From assembly GCA_008632985.1 (NCBI GenBank), contig QPGO01000037.1, positions 62,001-126,000 of the forward strand: a stretch of DNA of 64,000 nt, read 5' to 3'. Within the stretch, counting starts at the first letter, position 1, and the number at the start of each line of letters is the position of its first letter. Below the pieces are notes generated by a model. The model had not been told where the DNA came from. It was given only the letters and a program-made list of their open reading frames with translations, and ran no database searches. This document shows, piece by piece, positions 62,731 through 64,000 of this stretch. The DNA comes from Psammoneis japonica. Lineage: Eukaryota. Both the position numbers and the translations under genes were made by a program.

Positions 62731-64000
62731 ATGCCATTGTCATGATTGGTCATGTGACAAAAGTTCTGTGCCAGCCAGTGTCACGCAACACCAAGAAATT
62801 GACATCCAGGAAACACAACACAGCAAGAGACCACACATCTGGTGTCACAAACTTCAGAGCATGCTCCTCTTTAGCCTCCAGCAAAGAAACAAAAATGCAA
62901 TGTCCCACCAGAGCCCACTGGAGTTGTTCAGGATCCAACCATCACCCAGGAGCAAACACAATCTAAAACACAGGAGGGTTGTCCGTGTCATGGAGGTTTG
63001 GAGTTCCCCAAGCACCTGATCACAAGCAAACACAACAATGCCATCAATTGAACAAGTGTGTGCACCCACAATCTTGTTGCAAGCAGTGTTGAGAGATGAA
63101 AAAAGGTGGGCCACAGAACTGCTGAACATTTGATGTCCAGCATGTAGACCTGATTCAAACTTGTCGGTCATCACCAGCTCCATGCAACACATGGGGCCCA
63201 AAATGGAGTGCTTCACAGTGCATGTTCAGAGTCTTGACAAATGGGTTGTTGCCAGTGAATTTCAAATGGTCAACCATGGTCTCCTTCAGTTCCTCTGGAA
63301 AAGATTTGCCATTCTGGGTGTGCTGCAGGTGGATGACATTCCGAGGGATTGCATCATGGGGCAAGCCATTTTCATTCTTTTTCAAACCAAACATGCTTCT
63401 CATTCTTGACCCAAGATGTTGCTGGGTCATGCCACAAAATGTTCTTGACAGTGTCAAGGAGACAACCAAGGACAGCACCCTTTGCTGAGTTGGGCCACAT
63501 TGCAGCAGCAGGACATCAATGGCAATTCTTGCAGACCCAAACACAGCAACCAAACATGCAAAATGCACTTTTGAGTTTTGTTCTTACCCAGGGTCACAGC
63601 AAGAGCAACAGGAGCAGTGCACTGATCCTTGGACATCCCCTGGGCTTGATTGGGAGCATTCACACCTTGCCCTTTCCACTCTCTCTGGGGCTCTGAAGTT
63701 TTTCTTGGCCAGTGTGACCCACTTGGGGATTGGACACACCTGCCTTTAATGCCACCTGGCCCGGGAACTGGGGAGCCAACCTTTGTCATGCTTGGACCTG
63801 CCTGACTCCTGAAGTTGTTCAAGATTTGAATTGGTCAGCAGATTCCTGCTTGCAACACAGGCAAGAGCAGACAGCTTGATTTGCTCAGACAGCTCTGCTG
63901 GAAAAGAGAGCTCAAGACCTTGCTCCCAATGCTGTGGCACCTTTGCTGCCTTCCTCACAATGACATCTGTGGTGTCAAAATTTTTTTGCTTTGCCAACAA

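Larger units (their letters stand above)
58430..64000. other. Highly eroded repeat/TE tract lacking TpA and most CpG, continuing off the right edge
   Basis: TG/CA-saturated; TTGAGCA/TGCTCAA arrays; ~65 bp direct repeat at 58824 and 59132; Copia fragment. Confidence 0.7.

Noticed and set aside
63155..64000. Protein-like minus-strand ORF fragments
   Set aside because: Probably a decayed gene or TE, but no family could be recognised.

Overview
Eukaryotic nuclear DNA, most likely a pennate diatom. Evidence: an ASAFAP-type plastid presequence at 7630, ~80-100 nt GT-AG introns, and diatom-type Gypsy/Copia/Ambal-like elements. Ordinary host-gene clusters (0.4-9 kb and 47.4-57.7 kb) contain an HNH-domain protein, a METTL21-like methyltransferase, a chromate transporter, a UBE2Q-like E2, a plastid YbaB-like protein, an ankyrin-like protein, a 7-exon TPS-TPP and a secreted Cu/Zn SOD. 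These flank a ~35 kb transposon graveyard. The most striking signal is that sharply bounded tracts (1-360, ~12.5-16.3 kb, 16.8-47.1 kb, 49.3-50.5 kb, 55.3-56.1 kb, 58.4-64 kb) have almost no TpA dinucleotides. Conserved Tyr codons of TE enzymes there read His or Cys (TAY->CAY/TGY). This implies a repeat-targeted TpA->CpA/TpG hypermutation, the mirror image of fungal RIP. Surviving TA is mostly YTAR, and TA loss appears to precede CpG loss. Also found: a 12.7 kb Plavaka-type DNA transposon nested in an Ambal-like LINE (termini and TSD resolved), whose cargo ORF has motifs suggestive of DNA base-modifying enzymes (speculative). A 3.0 kb hAT-like non-autonomous element (27 bp TIR, 8 bp TSD) carries threonyl-tRNA synthetase fragments. 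All dinucleotide statements are from manual reading, not computed counts.
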